Below, piece by piece: positions 17,864 through 26,967 of a stretch of DNA of 64,000 bases. Every line of letters starts with the position of its first letter. Position 1 is the first letter of the stretch. Below the pieces are notes generated by a model that saw only the letters and a list, made by a program, of their open reading frames with translations, made no database searches and was not told the DNA's origin. This stretch comes from Candidatus Saccharimonadales bacterium (GTDB lineage Bacteria; Patescibacteriota; Saccharimonadia; Saccharimonadales; UBA4665), in the NCBI GenBank assembly GCA_046350675.1, contig JAXLZZ010000008.1, forward strand, positions 5,726 to 69,725. The letters run 5' to 3'. Position numbers and translations under genes: made by a program.

Positions 17864-19864
17864 ATGTATTACTACTTCGTGTGGGTGCGCAGTAATCGCT
17901 ACCATGGCAGCGATCCGTTAACGTATTCGAGTGAACAAAAACTTACCACTGGTAGCGTGGTGCGCGTAGAACTGCAACGACAAGTGGTGATGGGCGTGGT
18001 GAGCGGCGTAACGACCGAGCCACGATTCAAGACCAAACCGATCACTGAAATCTTGGATATACCGCCTATTCCAGCGCCGTTACTCAAGACGGCGCAGTGG
18101 TTGCAAGCCTACTACCCTGCTCCTTTAGGGATTATCTCCCAGCAATTAATCCCCGCTTCGCTGACAGAGAAGCGACTGAAAGATACTTCGCCAACATTGT
18201 TTGATGTGCCAGATCTTTCTACATTGCCGAAGCTAACTCACGAGCAAACCGCTGCACTAGAAAAAATGACCGAGCGCGATACCTATTTACTGCACGGCGT
18301 AACGGGCAGCGGAAAAACACGCGTATATATAGAGCTAGTGGCACGAGCTATAGAAGATGGTAAATCTGCAGTTGTGCTGACACCAGAGATTAGCCTGACT
18401 TCGCAGCTGGCTAGTAATTTTGAAAGAATATTTGGCAATCGCGTGATTGTGCTCCACTCACAGCAAACACCAGCCGAGCGAGAGAAAGCCTGGTTGGCTT
18501 GCCTGCGTGCCACTGAGCCTGTGGTGGTGATCGGGCCGCGCTCTGCCCTGTTCAGCCCCGTTCAAAAACTAGGCATAATCATCCTCGATGAGGCACATGA
18601 ATCAGCCTACAAGCAAGAGCAGTCGCCGCAGTATCAAACTGTGCGCGTAGCTTCGTATTTGGCCGGCGTAACTCGGTCCAGCTTGGTGCTTGGGTCCGCA
18701 ACCCCATCTGTTAGTGACTATTATCTGGCTGAACGGAAGAAGAAGCCGATCATTGAACTGACAACTTTGGCCGCCAAAGCTGTCATCCTGAGCGAAGCCG
18801 AAGGATCTCGTACGAAAGAACAAACGGGATCTCTCGACTCAGCTCGAGATGACAGAGTTACAGTTGAGATTGTCGATAAGAAAGAATTCAGCCTATTCTC
18901 TAAGTCATCAATGCTCAGCCAGCCACTTTTGGATGCTATAAAAGCAGCTTTGTCGCGTGGCGAACAAACGCTACTGTATCTGAACCGACGCGGCACTGCC
19001 CGGATGGTGATGTGTGAACATTGTGGCTGGCAAGCTACCTGTCCACACTGTGATCTACCGCTGACGTATCATGGTGATAGTCATGAATTGCGCTGTCATA
19101 GCTGTAGCTATCACACCAACTCGCCCGGTAGCTGCCCAGCCTGCAAACATCCAACTATTATGTTCAAAACCGCGGGCACCAAGGCTGTTGCCGAAGAAGT
19201 AGAGCGATTATTCCCACAGGCAAAAGTAGCACGGTTCGACACCGACAACACCAAAGCCGAGCGCTTTGAACAGCAGTATCAAGGTATTCGCGACGGCAAG
19301 GTCGATATTCTAGTTGGTACGCAGTTACTAGCAAAAGGGTTGGATCTACCAAAACTCAGCACACTAGGAGTTATCCTGGCCGATACCAGCTTATATATGC
19401 CTGATTTCTCGGCCCAAGAGCGCACCTTCCAGCTCATCAATCAGGTGTTAGGGCGAGTGGGGCGAGGGCATGTGGCTGGACACGCCATTATCCAAACCTA
19501 CCATCCAGAACATCCGGCTTTGAAAGCGGCTATTGAGGCTGACTATCCAGCATTTTATAAGGCTGAGCTAGCGAGCAGAGAGAAATTCCTATTCCCCCCA
19601 CTCTGCTATTTGCTTAAGATAAGTGTTCGGCGCGCTTCCCTGAAAGCAACCGCGGCCGCGGCCGAGAAACTAAAGAAAGATATTCAAGAACAGGGGTATA
19701 AAGTCCGAGTGGAGGGCCCCGCACCATCATTCTACGAACGCTTTCAAAATAAGTACCAGTGGCAACTAGTAGTAAAAGCCACCGAACGCTCAGAACTCCT
19801 AAAAGTCATCGCCGGCCTACCGGCCAACTGCTCCTACGACATTGACCCGTTAGATTTACTCTAG
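17864..19864 (+). CDS. priA: primosomal protein N' (replication restart helicase PriA), carrying a 24-codon repeat-element insertion
   Basis: Walker A GVTGSGKT, DEAH box (ILDEAHES) and the Cys-rich zinc region CEHCGW..CPHC..CHSC..CPAC. Confidence 0.95.
   Translation: MYYYFVWVRSNRYHGSDPLTYSSEQKLTTGSVVRVELQRQVVMGVVSGVTTEPRFKTKPITEILDIPPIPAPLLKTAQWLQAYYPAPLGIISQQLIPASLTEKRLKDTSPTLFDVPDLSTLPKLTHEQTAALEKMTERDTYLLHGVTGSGKTRVYIELVARAIEDGKSAVVLTPEISLTSQLASNFERIFGNRVIVLHSQQTPAEREKAWLACLRATEPVVVIGPRSALFSPVQKLGIIILDEAHESAYKQEQSPQYQTVRVASYLAGVTRSSLVLGSATPSVSDYYLAERKKKPIIELTTLAAKAVILSEAEGSRTKEQTGSLDSARDDRVTVEIVDKKEFSLFSKSSMLSQPLLDAIKAALSRGEQTLLYLNRRGTARMVMCEHCGWQATCPHCDLPLTYHGDSHELRCHSCSYHTNSPGSCPACKHPTIMFKTAGTKAVAEEVERLFPQAKVARFDTDNTKAERFEQQYQGIRDGKVDILVGTQLLAKGLDLPKLSTLGVILADTSLYMPDFSAQERTFQLINQVLGRVGRGHVAGHAIIQTYHPEHPALKAAIEADYPAFYKAELASREKFLFPPLCYLLKISVRRASLKATAAAAEKLKKDIQEQGYKVRVEGPAPSFYERFQNKYQWQLVVKATERSELLKVIAGLPANCSYDIDPLDLL
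18782..18853 (+). mobile_element. 72-nt palindromic repeat element (GTCAT..CGAG / CTCGAGATGAC ends) inserted in frame in priA
   Basis: gtcatcctgagcgaagccgaaggatctcg-tacgaaagaacaaac-gggatctctcgactcagctcgagatgac. It has the same ends as the elements at 22265, 36120, 36505 and 59463. It starts on a codon boundary and encodes VILSEAEGSRTKEQTGSLDSARDD. Confidence 0.7.
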
Positions 19865-19872
19865 TATCACAA

Positions 19873-20388
19873 CTAGGCGTCAGGGCTTTGTTGCGCTTGG
19901 ATTGAAACAATTTCCTGGAATGTTTCAGGTGTATAGAATGGTGTAACCGTGTACTCTGGCAAAAGATCATCAGGCATGTCTCCTGAGCCGAGTTTGAGGA
20001 CTGGATCATAGCCCTTTCGATCATCTCCTTCTGGGCGAGGTGTTATTACACCAAAATGCATAAATCGAGGATTGCCAAAAGCGAACTCTGGTGCTGTTGA
20101 CTCAAATGCCGCAACGACTACTTCTTGTTTAGTTGAAGGATCTTCTAGTTTTGTAACTACCAATTCTCCTGGGTAAGGCCCTCCATCTCGGACACTTTCC
20201 CAAGACAGTGGCTCGACAGGTGGTGGACGCATCTCTGTTAACTGCCATTCATGATGCTGGTCTTTCGGCAACTTGAGCAGTTTATTCAATTGTCTGTTTA
20301 AAATTCTTTTAACTTTCTTTTCAGCTCTGCTTAGTTCAGCGGAATCTTCGTGATTCGGTTCTGGAAATTGTATTTGTTTTTCTGACAT
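19873..20388 (-). CDS. hypothetical protein (171 aa)
   Basis: Begins MSEKQIQFPEPNHED... from ATG 20388. The longer ORF in the track (to 20808) overlaps def and is rejected. Confidence 0.6.
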   Translation of the reverse strand: MSEKQIQFPEPNHEDSAELSRAEKKVKRILNRQLNKLLKLPKDQHHEWQLTEMRPPPVEPLSWESVRDGGPYPGELVVTKLEDPSTKQEVVVAAFESTAPEFAFGNPRFMHFGVITPRPEGDDRKGYDPVLKLGSGDMPDDLLPEYTVTPFYTPETFQEIVSIQAQQSPDA

Positions 20389-20463
20389 AGTATATACATT
20401 ATACTCAACTATACTTAATTTGTCAATATCGTAACTACTTCCGTATCTGTTATACTTCTGGGA

Positions 20464-21039
20464 ATGACTAAAGACGATATCATCACATTGCCAAATCCGC
20501 ACCTGCGAGAAAAGTCGAAGCGGGTTGGCGTAATCACCGATCAGATTAAAGAGATTGTTCAGGAAATGGAAGCCGCCACCATGGACTGGGACAAGAGCCG
20601 AGACCATGAAGTTGGCGTGGCTTTGGCAGCTGTGCAAATTGATCGTTTGTACAAAATAGTTATTGTGCGTGATGATTATGAAGATAAAAATAACAACAGC
20701 TTCACGGTCTTTATTAACCCTGAAATCACGAAACGTGAGGGTGAAGTAGTAGAGGACTTTGAGGGTTGTTTGAGCGTCAAGAACATATACGGCAAGGTGC
20801 CTCGACATACTAAAGTGAAGGTCAAAGCACTCGACCTAGAGGGTCGGGAATTCCGTGTTACAGCAACCGATTTCCTAGCCCGAATCTTCCAGCACGAGAT
20901 CGATCATACTAACGGGATTGTGTTCATAGATCACATCAAAGACAAGCCGAATGCATTTTTTAAGCTTGATGATGATGGCAAGTTACAAGCACTGGATTAT
21001 AAGGATGAAGTTGAACAAAATCCTGTTCTTTGGCAATGA
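20464..21039 (+). CDS. def: peptide deformylase
   Basis: Contains the GCLS and HEIDH metal-binding motifs. Confidence 0.95.
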   Translation: MTKDDIITLPNPHLREKSKRVGVITDQIKEIVQEMEAATMDWDKSRDHEVGVALAAVQIDRLYKIVIVRDDYEDKNNNSFTVFINPEITKREGEVVEDFEGCLSVKNIYGKVPRHTKVKVKALDLEGREFRVTATDFLARIFQHEIDHTNGIVFIDHIKDKPNAFFKLDDDGKLQALDYKDEVEQNPVLWQ

Positions 21040-21922
21040 GCGCCTGGCAACCGGCCTTAGCACGACCGCGCCTACTCTCCGTGCATTAATTGCTGCTGGT
21101 TATGATATTACGGGTGTAGTGGTAGCGCAAAAACAGATTGGGAAGTCGAGAAATGCGCGAGACCTAGAAATTGTTCAAGTCGCTACTGCTCATGACATAC
21201 CTGTGTTCAGTCCGGACAAGTTGACTGACTTTGCGGACGAATTGCGTGCGATGCAAGCCGATGCAGCCGTACTGGCAGCCTACGGCAAGATCGTTCCGCA
21301 AAGCATCATCGACCTGTTCCCCCGCGGCATCATCAACATCCACCCATCCATGCTGCCAAAGCACCGCGGGTCGATACCAATTGAAAGCGTGATACTGAAT
21401 GGAGAGACAGAAACTGGTGTATCGATCATGCAACTGGTCGCCAAAATGGATGCTGGCCCGGTGTACAAACAACAACAAGTTTCAGTATCAAAAAATGTAT
21501 CTAAACAAGTTCTAGCAGACCAACTGCAACAGCTTGGTGCTGAACTCCTAATCGAAAACCTACCCGCTATTCTGGATGGCTCCCTACAGCCCATTCCGCA
21601 AGATGACTCCGCCGCAACCTACGACGAACGCATCACAAAAGAACAAAGCCAACTAGATTTTTCTAAAACAGCCGAGCAGCTGGAACGCGAAGTCCGTGCC
21701 TATGCTGTCTGGCCTCGCAGCCGCACTACACTTGGTGCGATTGAGTGTATCATTACGAGCGCTCACGTGGAGCCCGGTGAAGGTACTAGCGGTGAGCTCT
21801 GGCGCGACGCACAGCAAATAGGAGTATACTGCTCGCAAGATATACTAGTCGTCGATACTTTACTGCCAGCCGGAAAAAAAGAAATGCCAGCTTCATCATT
21901 TATTGCTGGCTACCAGATCTAA
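21005..21922 (+). CDS. fmt: methionyl-tRNA formyltransferase
   Basis: MKLNKILFFGNERLA..., HPSMLPKHRGSIPIE motif, downstream of def. The start is set at ATG 21005, overlapping the def 3' end. Confidence 0.93.
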   Translation: MKLNKILFFGNERLATGLSTTAPTLRALIAAGYDITGVVVAQKQIGKSRNARDLEIVQVATAHDIPVFSPDKLTDFADELRAMQADAAVLAAYGKIVPQSIIDLFPRGIINIHPSMLPKHRGSIPIESVILNGETETGVSIMQLVAKMDAGPVYKQQQVSVSKNVSKQVLADQLQQLGAELLIENLPAILDGSLQPIPQDDSAATYDERITKEQSQLDFSKTAEQLEREVRAYAVWPRSRTTLGAIECIITSAHVEPGEGTSGELWRDAQQIGVYCSQDILVVDTLLPAGKKEMPASSFIAGYQI

Positions 21923-22186
21923 TTGCACCTCTTTGCCAATTCCTACACCGCCAGTCCATGCAATGGTTGATTCGGACTGAGGCGGAGCAAGCTCAATTCC
22001 GGTTCCTTCAAAAGGGTTATTGGGCGATGGTAGCTTGGCGAGACTTCCTCCCTCTGGATCAATAGGCGGTATTTCACCCCCGACAATAATCTCTTTGTTG
22101 CTAATCATCTTTGCTAATTGCTCAAAGACTTGAGGATTGCCTACGCTCTCATGCTCGCTGCCAAAAGACTTACCTTCTATACCCAT
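21896..22186 (-). CDS. hypothetical protein (96 aa)
   Basis: ORF only; overlaps the fmt 3' end by 27 nt in convergent orientation. Confidence 0.35.
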   Translation of the reverse strand: MGIEGKSFGSEHESVGNPQVFEQLAKMISNKEIIVGGEIPPIDPEGGSLAKLPSPNNPFEGTGIELAPPQSESTIAWTGGVGIGKEVQLDLVASNK

Positions 22187-22264
22187 CCTTAGAATTACCC
22201 CTGTTTACAGGCATATACTACTGGCTGTTGCATCGCGTTTCAGTGAGATATTTTGCTTTTCCCT

Positions 22265-22347
22265 GTCATTTCGAACGCATGTGAGAGATCTCGGCAAGCC
22301 CGTGTGGACCCCGAGAGATTTCTCCCAGCTTCGCTACTCGAAATGAC
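22265..22347 (-). mobile_element. 83-nt ORF-less palindromic repeat element (reverse orientation)
   Basis: gtcatttcgaacgcatgtgagagatctcgg...ccgagagatttctcccagcttcgctactcgaaatgac. The gagaaatctc-type half is on the minus strand. It ends 9 nt from the stop codon at 22357-22359. Confidence 0.7.
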
Positions 22348-22356
22348 AGTGTGATA

Positions 22357-23028
22357 CTACTGTTGAGGAGATGGACCAGCTGGTGGCTGCTGCCCAGGAA
22401 ATTGCTGCTCAGGTGGCTGTTGATACTGCTGAGGGGCAGCTTGAGGCTGAGGCGGCTGGTATGGTTGCTGTGCTGGCTGTTGTTGAGGGGTAGCAAACTG
22501 ATCCTGTTGCGGCTGTTGATACTGGGGTTGTGGCTGTTGATACTGCTGAGGGGCAGCTTGAGGCTGAGGCGGCTGGTATGGTTGCTGTGCTGGCTGTTGT
22601 TGAGGGGTAGCAAACTGATCCTGTTGCGGCTGTTGATACTGGGGTTGTGGCTGTTGATACTGCTGAGGGGCAGCTTGAGGCTGCTGAGCTGCAGGCGCTG
22701 GTGCTTGTTGCACGTTGGCTTGGCTAGCCGCCAGAATCTGCGGTGCATTCTGAGCTACTTCGGCTTTTAGCTTGTCGAATTCTTGTTGCACGATCTCCTT
22801 ATAGTTCGGAAAATTGGTCTCTAGCCACTTAAAGGCACCGGCATCATCTTTTGCTTCAAAATAGCGCTCAAATTCATCGAGCTGTTCGTTTGTCATTTGG
22901 TCTGCTAGGCGCACGCCTACACGCATCTCTAACGTCTCATAGATGTGCTTTAGAAAGCTGTTCTTCTCTGTATCAGGCAAGCCTGCCAATCCGAGTTCCT
23001 GTAGTAAGTTATTATCTATCTTTAGCAT
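22357..23028 (-). CDS. hypothetical protein with globular N-terminal domain and Q/P-rich repeat tail
   Basis: 223 aa. The C-terminal half is QAAPQQYQQPQPQYQQPQQDQFATPQQQPAQQPYQPPQP repeated. Confidence 0.8.
   Translation of the reverse strand: MLKIDNNLLQELGLAGLPDTEKNSFLKHIYETLEMRVGVRLADQMTNEQLDEFERYFEAKDDAGAFKWLETNFPNYKEIVQQEFDKLKAEVAQNAPQILAASQANVQQAPAPAAQQPQAAPQQYQQPQPQYQQPQQDQFATPQQQPAQQPYQPPQPQAAPQQYQQPQPQYQQPQQDQFATPQQQPAQQPYQPPQPQAAPQQYQQPPEQQFPGQQPPAGPSPQQ
22415..22683 (-). repeat. 117-nt (39-codon) tandem repeat, about 2.3 copies, apparently identical
   Basis: ggctgttgatactgctgaggggcagcttgaggctg recurs at 22415, 22532 and 22649. Confidence 0.85.
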
Positions 23029-23044
23029 ATGCTCATTGTACCAT

Positions 23045-24820
23045 TTATAGTTTACGCTGGACGGCTTCTCTGGTGAAGAATTCTATACGATCGCCTTCTT
23101 GGAGTTCTAAACGCTTTTGGGTAGCCAAGCTTATACCGCACATCTCACCTTCAAACACTTCTTTGGCTTCAGCTGGACCACGCTTGAGACCAGTCACTTC
23201 CACCTCGGCCAGTTCCTCGCCATCACGCGTTACGCGAGCAAGCGCTGGTGCTACTAGCTTACCTTTGGTCACCTCACCACCGCAGATAACTGCTGATTTT
23301 GTAGTGTTGAATATGCCCTTCACGACTAGACGACCCAGTTCATTCTCAACAATTTCTGGACTCAACAACTCTGACATCTCAGTTTTAACATCATCAATCA
23401 GCTCATAAATCACCTTGTACAAACGCACACGCACCTTGTCGCGACCGGCTTTTTGCTTGCTACTCGTTGGTAGATCTACGTTAAATCCATACACAATGGC
23501 GTTTGAGCTCTGAGCTAAATGTAAGTCGTTTTCGCTGATAGCACCGATACCAGAGCTTACAACGCGCACCGATACTTCATCGGTGTCCATAGCTTTGAGG
23601 CTGTCGATTACAGAGGTGAGTGAACCTTGCACGTCAGCTTTCACGATAATATTAAGCTCTTGGAGCTTATTGTCACGGTTGATGAGACGGATGAGCTCAG
23701 AACTGCCGATGTTGCCTTTGCCGCCCCCGGATTGCTTCTCATGAGCAGTCACCTCTGCTTTGGCACGAGCCTCTTTTTCGTTCTTGACCACCACAAATTC
23801 ATCACCAAATTCTGGCAATGTTTTAAAACCGGTGATCGTAACGGGCATCGAGGGGCCAGCTTTTTGCAGTGGATCTCCCTCTGTCCTCTCAAGATTGCGA
23901 ATTTTAGCATAGCTGCCACCAGCTACGATAAAGCTACCAGGAGTCAGCACACCAGCCTCAACCAGTGCGTGCGCCACAGGACCACGGCCCTGCTCTACGT
24001 GTGCTTCGATAATAAGTCCGCGAGCCGGTACATCTACGTCAGCCTTCAGTTCTTCTACATCTGTTACAAGCAATACCATATCGAGTAACGCAGGAATACC
24101 TTCTTTAGTCTTTGCAGACACAGGTAGCACCGGTGTGTCGCCACCATTCCAACCGTCCCACATCAAGCCGTGCTCACTGAGCTGGCTATAGAGGCGGTTG
24201 ATGTCAGCGCCTTCTTTATCCATCTTGTTGGCTGCTACTACAATCTTAACGCCGGCTTTTTTGGCAAAGCGGATGGCTTCGATGGTTTGAGGCTTAATAC
24301 CATCATCGGCAGCAACTACCAAAATTACAATGTCGGTTAGGTGTGCGCCGTGTTCACGAATAGCTGCAAAAGCTTCGTGACCTGGGGTGTCCAAGAATGT
24401 AATGTAACGATCGTCGTGCTTAATCTGATAGGCAGAAATGTGCTGCGTGATACCGCCAGCCTCACCCTTCACGACATCCGCCTCACGAATTGCATCTAGC
24501 AAGCTGGTTTTACCATGATCCACGTGGCCCATCACCGCCACAACCGGTGGGCGTGCCTGGGCTTTATCGCTAACAGCTGGTTTTTCGCGCTTAGGCGCAA
24601 CTTCTTCGGCTGCCTTCTTGCTGATCTCGACACCGAGGTTCAGTTCACCAACAATAATCTGCGCTGTATCAAAATCAATACGCTCATTTACGGTGGCCAT
24701 AACCCCGTTTTTCATGAGCTCACCAATTAAGCGAGTTACCGGAATCGAAAGCCGTTCAGCCAGCGTGCCGACGGTGATCATATCTTCGATTTCAATGGTG
24801 GTGACTTCGTTTTCTGCCAT
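23045..24820 (-). CDS. infB: translation initiation factor IF-2 (short form)
   Basis: GHVDHGKTSLLD G1 motif, DTPGHEAF, NKMD. Confidence 0.97.
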   Translation of the reverse strand: MAENEVTTIEIEDMITVGTLAERLSIPVTRLIGELMKNGVMATVNERIDFDTAQIIVGELNLGVEISKKAAEEVAPKREKPAVSDKAQARPPVVAVMGHVDHGKTSLLDAIREADVVKGEAGGITQHISAYQIKHDDRYITFLDTPGHEAFAAIREHGAHLTDIVILVVAADDGIKPQTIEAIRFAKKAGVKIVVAANKMDKEGADINRLYSQLSEHGLMWDGWNGGDTPVLPVSAKTKEGIPALLDMVLLVTDVEELKADVDVPARGLIIEAHVEQGRGPVAHALVEAGVLTPGSFIVAGGSYAKIRNLERTEGDPLQKAGPSMPVTITGFKTLPEFGDEFVVVKNEKEARAKAEVTAHEKQSGGGKGNIGSSELIRLINRDNKLQELNIIVKADVQGSLTSVIDSLKAMDTDEVSVRVVSSGIGAISENDLHLAQSSNAIVYGFNVDLPTSSKQKAGRDKVRVRLYKVIYELIDDVKTEMSELLSPEIVENELGRLVVKGIFNTTKSAVICGGEVTKGKLVAPALARVTRDGEELAEVEVTGLKRGPAEAKEVFEGEMCGISLATQKRLELQEGDRIEFFTREAVQRKL

Positions 24821-24866
24821 CGTCGACTCCTTTCTGGCCTCCCGGCCGATTCCTTAACTACACATA

Positions 24867-25958
24867 TTATTTCTTGGCTTTGGTAGTTTTACCCTTAGCT
24901 TCTTTGAGGCTAAGTGCAATTTTGCGGTTTTCGGTATCGATATCTAGTACCTTAAACTGCTTCTTTTCGTTCAACTGGAAGAGTTGCTCTGGGTCTACTG
25001 TCTCGTCGTCGCTCATCTCTGATACATGCACGAGTGCTTCAACACTTGGGCTGAGCTGCACGAAGGCACCAAATGGCGTAATTCGTGTAACTTTACCTTC
25101 TACAACATCGCCCGCCTTAAAGGCTTTAACCTGCTCGAGCCATGGGTCTTCGCTCATCTGCTTCAAGCTGAGGCTCAAGCGATCCTTGTCGATAGCAATG
25201 ATCTTGGCTTTGACTTCTTCGCCAACCTTCACATAATTGCGCGGGTTATCTACACGCTCCCAGGAGATTTCTGAGATGTGAATCAAGCCTTCGATACCAT
25301 CAACATTGATGAATGCACCAAAGTCGATAACACCGGTTACAACGCCTTCGACAACATCGCCAACCTTAAGTTTGGCAAATCGATCCTGCATGTCGTCTTT
25401 TACAGCTTCTTTCTCGGAGAAGATAAGCTTGTTGTCTTTGCGACTCACATCGAGCACACGCACACGTAGCGGCTTATTGGTAAGCGCATTGAGCTTCTGT
25501 AGAATCTCGTCCTTGTCTGCACCACTTACGCGTGGATAGTGACCAGCTGCAAGCTGTGACACTGGCAAGAAACCACGAATACCTTCCATCTCTACCAAGA
25601 GACCGCCGCGATTGGCGTCATATGGCACGATTTCAACGATATCGTTGGCTTCGTGTACACGTTGCAGTTCGTCCCAACCTCGGTCCTTAACTGCTCGCTT
25701 CATGCTTAGTAAGGCGTAGCCCTCATCAAGCTCAGGGTCAATCACGCTAACGGTGACGGTTTGCCCTGCTTCTAATTTTTGGCCGTAGCCAATTTCGCGT
25801 CGCATAACGACACCGGTACCTCGAGCGCCAAGATCAATCCAGGCCTCGTTCTTCTTAACAGAGATAATCGTACCTTCAACTACCTCTCCAGCTGCTAATT
25901 GTGTAATATCGCTGCCGGCTAAAAGCTCATCCATAGTGAGCGTACTTGCTTTTGACAT
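24867..25958 (-). CDS. rpsA: 30S ribosomal protein S1 (four S1 domains)
   Basis: Repeated S1 OB-fold pattern (G.VV.G.V..I..FGAF..). AGGAGG lies 10 nt before ATG 25958 but only 1 nt before the track's start at 25967. Confidence 0.9.
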   Translation of the reverse strand: MSKASTLTMDELLAGSDITQLAAGEVVEGTIISVKKNEAWIDLGARGTGVVMRREIGYGQKLEAGQTVTVSVIDPELDEGYALLSMKRAVKDRGWDELQRVHEANDIVEIVPYDANRGGLLVEMEGIRGFLPVSQLAAGHYPRVSGADKDEILQKLNALTNKPLRVRVLDVSRKDNKLIFSEKEAVKDDMQDRFAKLKVGDVVEGVVTGVIDFGAFINVDGIEGLIHISEISWERVDNPRNYVKVGEEVKAKIIAIDKDRLSLSLKQMSEDPWLEQVKAFKAGDVVEGKVTRITPFGAFVQLSPSVEALVHVSEMSDDETVDPEQLFQLNEKKQFKVLDIDTENRKIALSLKEAKGKTTKAKK

Positions 25959-26112
25959 GTATTCCATGCCTCCTTCGAATGTATTTTCTCAGTAGCAAAC
26001 AGATAGTTTTTCGCTAAAACTTCCGCTTTTCACTTAGAACCAGTTAGTTTGCTGACTTAAGATTACCTATAAGTATAGATGATTCCTCCCTGATAGTAAA
26101 GGGTTAGCGATG

Positions 26113-26121
26113 TGCTAAAAT
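26113..26121 (+). promoter_or_regulatory. extended -10 element TGcTAAAAT; the predicted start would coincide with the ATG at 26128 (possibly a leaderless mRNA)
   Basis: tgctaaaat ends 6 nt before the ATG. No Shine-Dalgarno sequence fits in between. Confidence 0.4.
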
Positions 26122-26127
26122 CTAGAT

Positions 26128-26967
26128 ATGTATGTGGGAATCGATATCGGTGGCACCAAGGTTTTGGTAGTAGCCCTGAATCAACACGGTGAAATCGTTG
26201 AACGGTTTAAATTCCCCACTCCAAAAAAGTACGAAGATTTCTTAAGCCAGCTCCGTATCGCCTTGCGAGGCTTCAAACATCAAGAATTTAAAGCTGGCGC
26301 CGTGGCTGTTCCTGGAGTGCTCGATCGAAAACACGGCATCGTTACTAGTTTCGGCAACTTACCCTGGAAAAATGTACCAGTCCAGCGCGACATGGAAGCA
26401 ATCTGCGGCTGCCTCATGGCTATTGATAACGATGCAAAACTAGGTGGTTTGTCTGAATCTATGCTCTTAAAAGGTCAATACAGCAAAGTTCTCTACGTTA
26501 CAGTCAGTACCGGTATTGGCATCGCGCTCATTGTCGATAATAAAATTGATGACAATATTTTTGACGGAGGTGGTCGCACCATTTTACTGGAGCATCAAGG
26601 CAAGATGGTGCCATGGGAGTCCTTCGCCTCAGGTAGAGCCATTGTGGAACGCTACGGCAAACGTGCCTCAGATATCAATGATAAGGCTACCTGGACTAAA
26701 ATAACTCGAGATCTATCTCTTGGCATAATCGAGCTCATTGCCGTTGCGCAGCCTGATGTAATTATCATCGGTGGTGGCGTAGGCACTTATTTTGATCGGT
26801 ATGGAGACTTGCTTGACAAGTCGCTCCAAAAATATCACCTGCCCCTTGCAACCATTCCGCCAATCATGGGAGCCCAACGCGCAGAAGACGCCGTGGCCTA
26901 TGGATGCTATGATTTAGCTAGGCAGGTTTTCGGGAATGCAAGAACTCATCACACAACTTCGAATTAA
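26128..26967 (+). CDS. ROK family sugar kinase / regulator-like protein
   Basis: MYVGIDIGGTKVLVVAL N-terminal ATPase motif and ROK-like GGGVG region. Confidence 0.8.
   Translation: MYVGIDIGGTKVLVVALNQHGEIVERFKFPTPKKYEDFLSQLRIALRGFKHQEFKAGAVAVPGVLDRKHGIVTSFGNLPWKNVPVQRDMEAICGCLMAIDNDAKLGGLSESMLLKGQYSKVLYVTVSTGIGIALIVDNKIDDNIFDGGGRTILLEHQGKMVPWESFASGRAIVERYGKRASDINDKATWTKITRDLSLGIIELIAVAQPDVIIIGGGVGTYFDRYGDLLDKSLQKYHLPLATIPPIMGAQRAEDAVAYGCYDLARQVFGNARTHHTTSN

Noticed and set aside
20389-20808. A 140-codon N-terminal extension of ORF 19873-20808.
   Set aside because: It overlaps def on the opposite strand and has no plausible sequence. ATG 20388 (MSEKQIQF..) gives a compact divergent gene pair. 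Similar extensions were trimmed for fmt (20951), yqeY (16572), the wHTH gene (17730) and the GIY-YIG gene (36058).
22266-22770. ORFs of 160 aa (-) and 139 aa (+) overlapping the Q/P-rich gene.
   Set aside because: These are alternative-frame or antisense readings of the 117-nt repeats. The frame 22357-23028 has a proper globular N-terminal domain.
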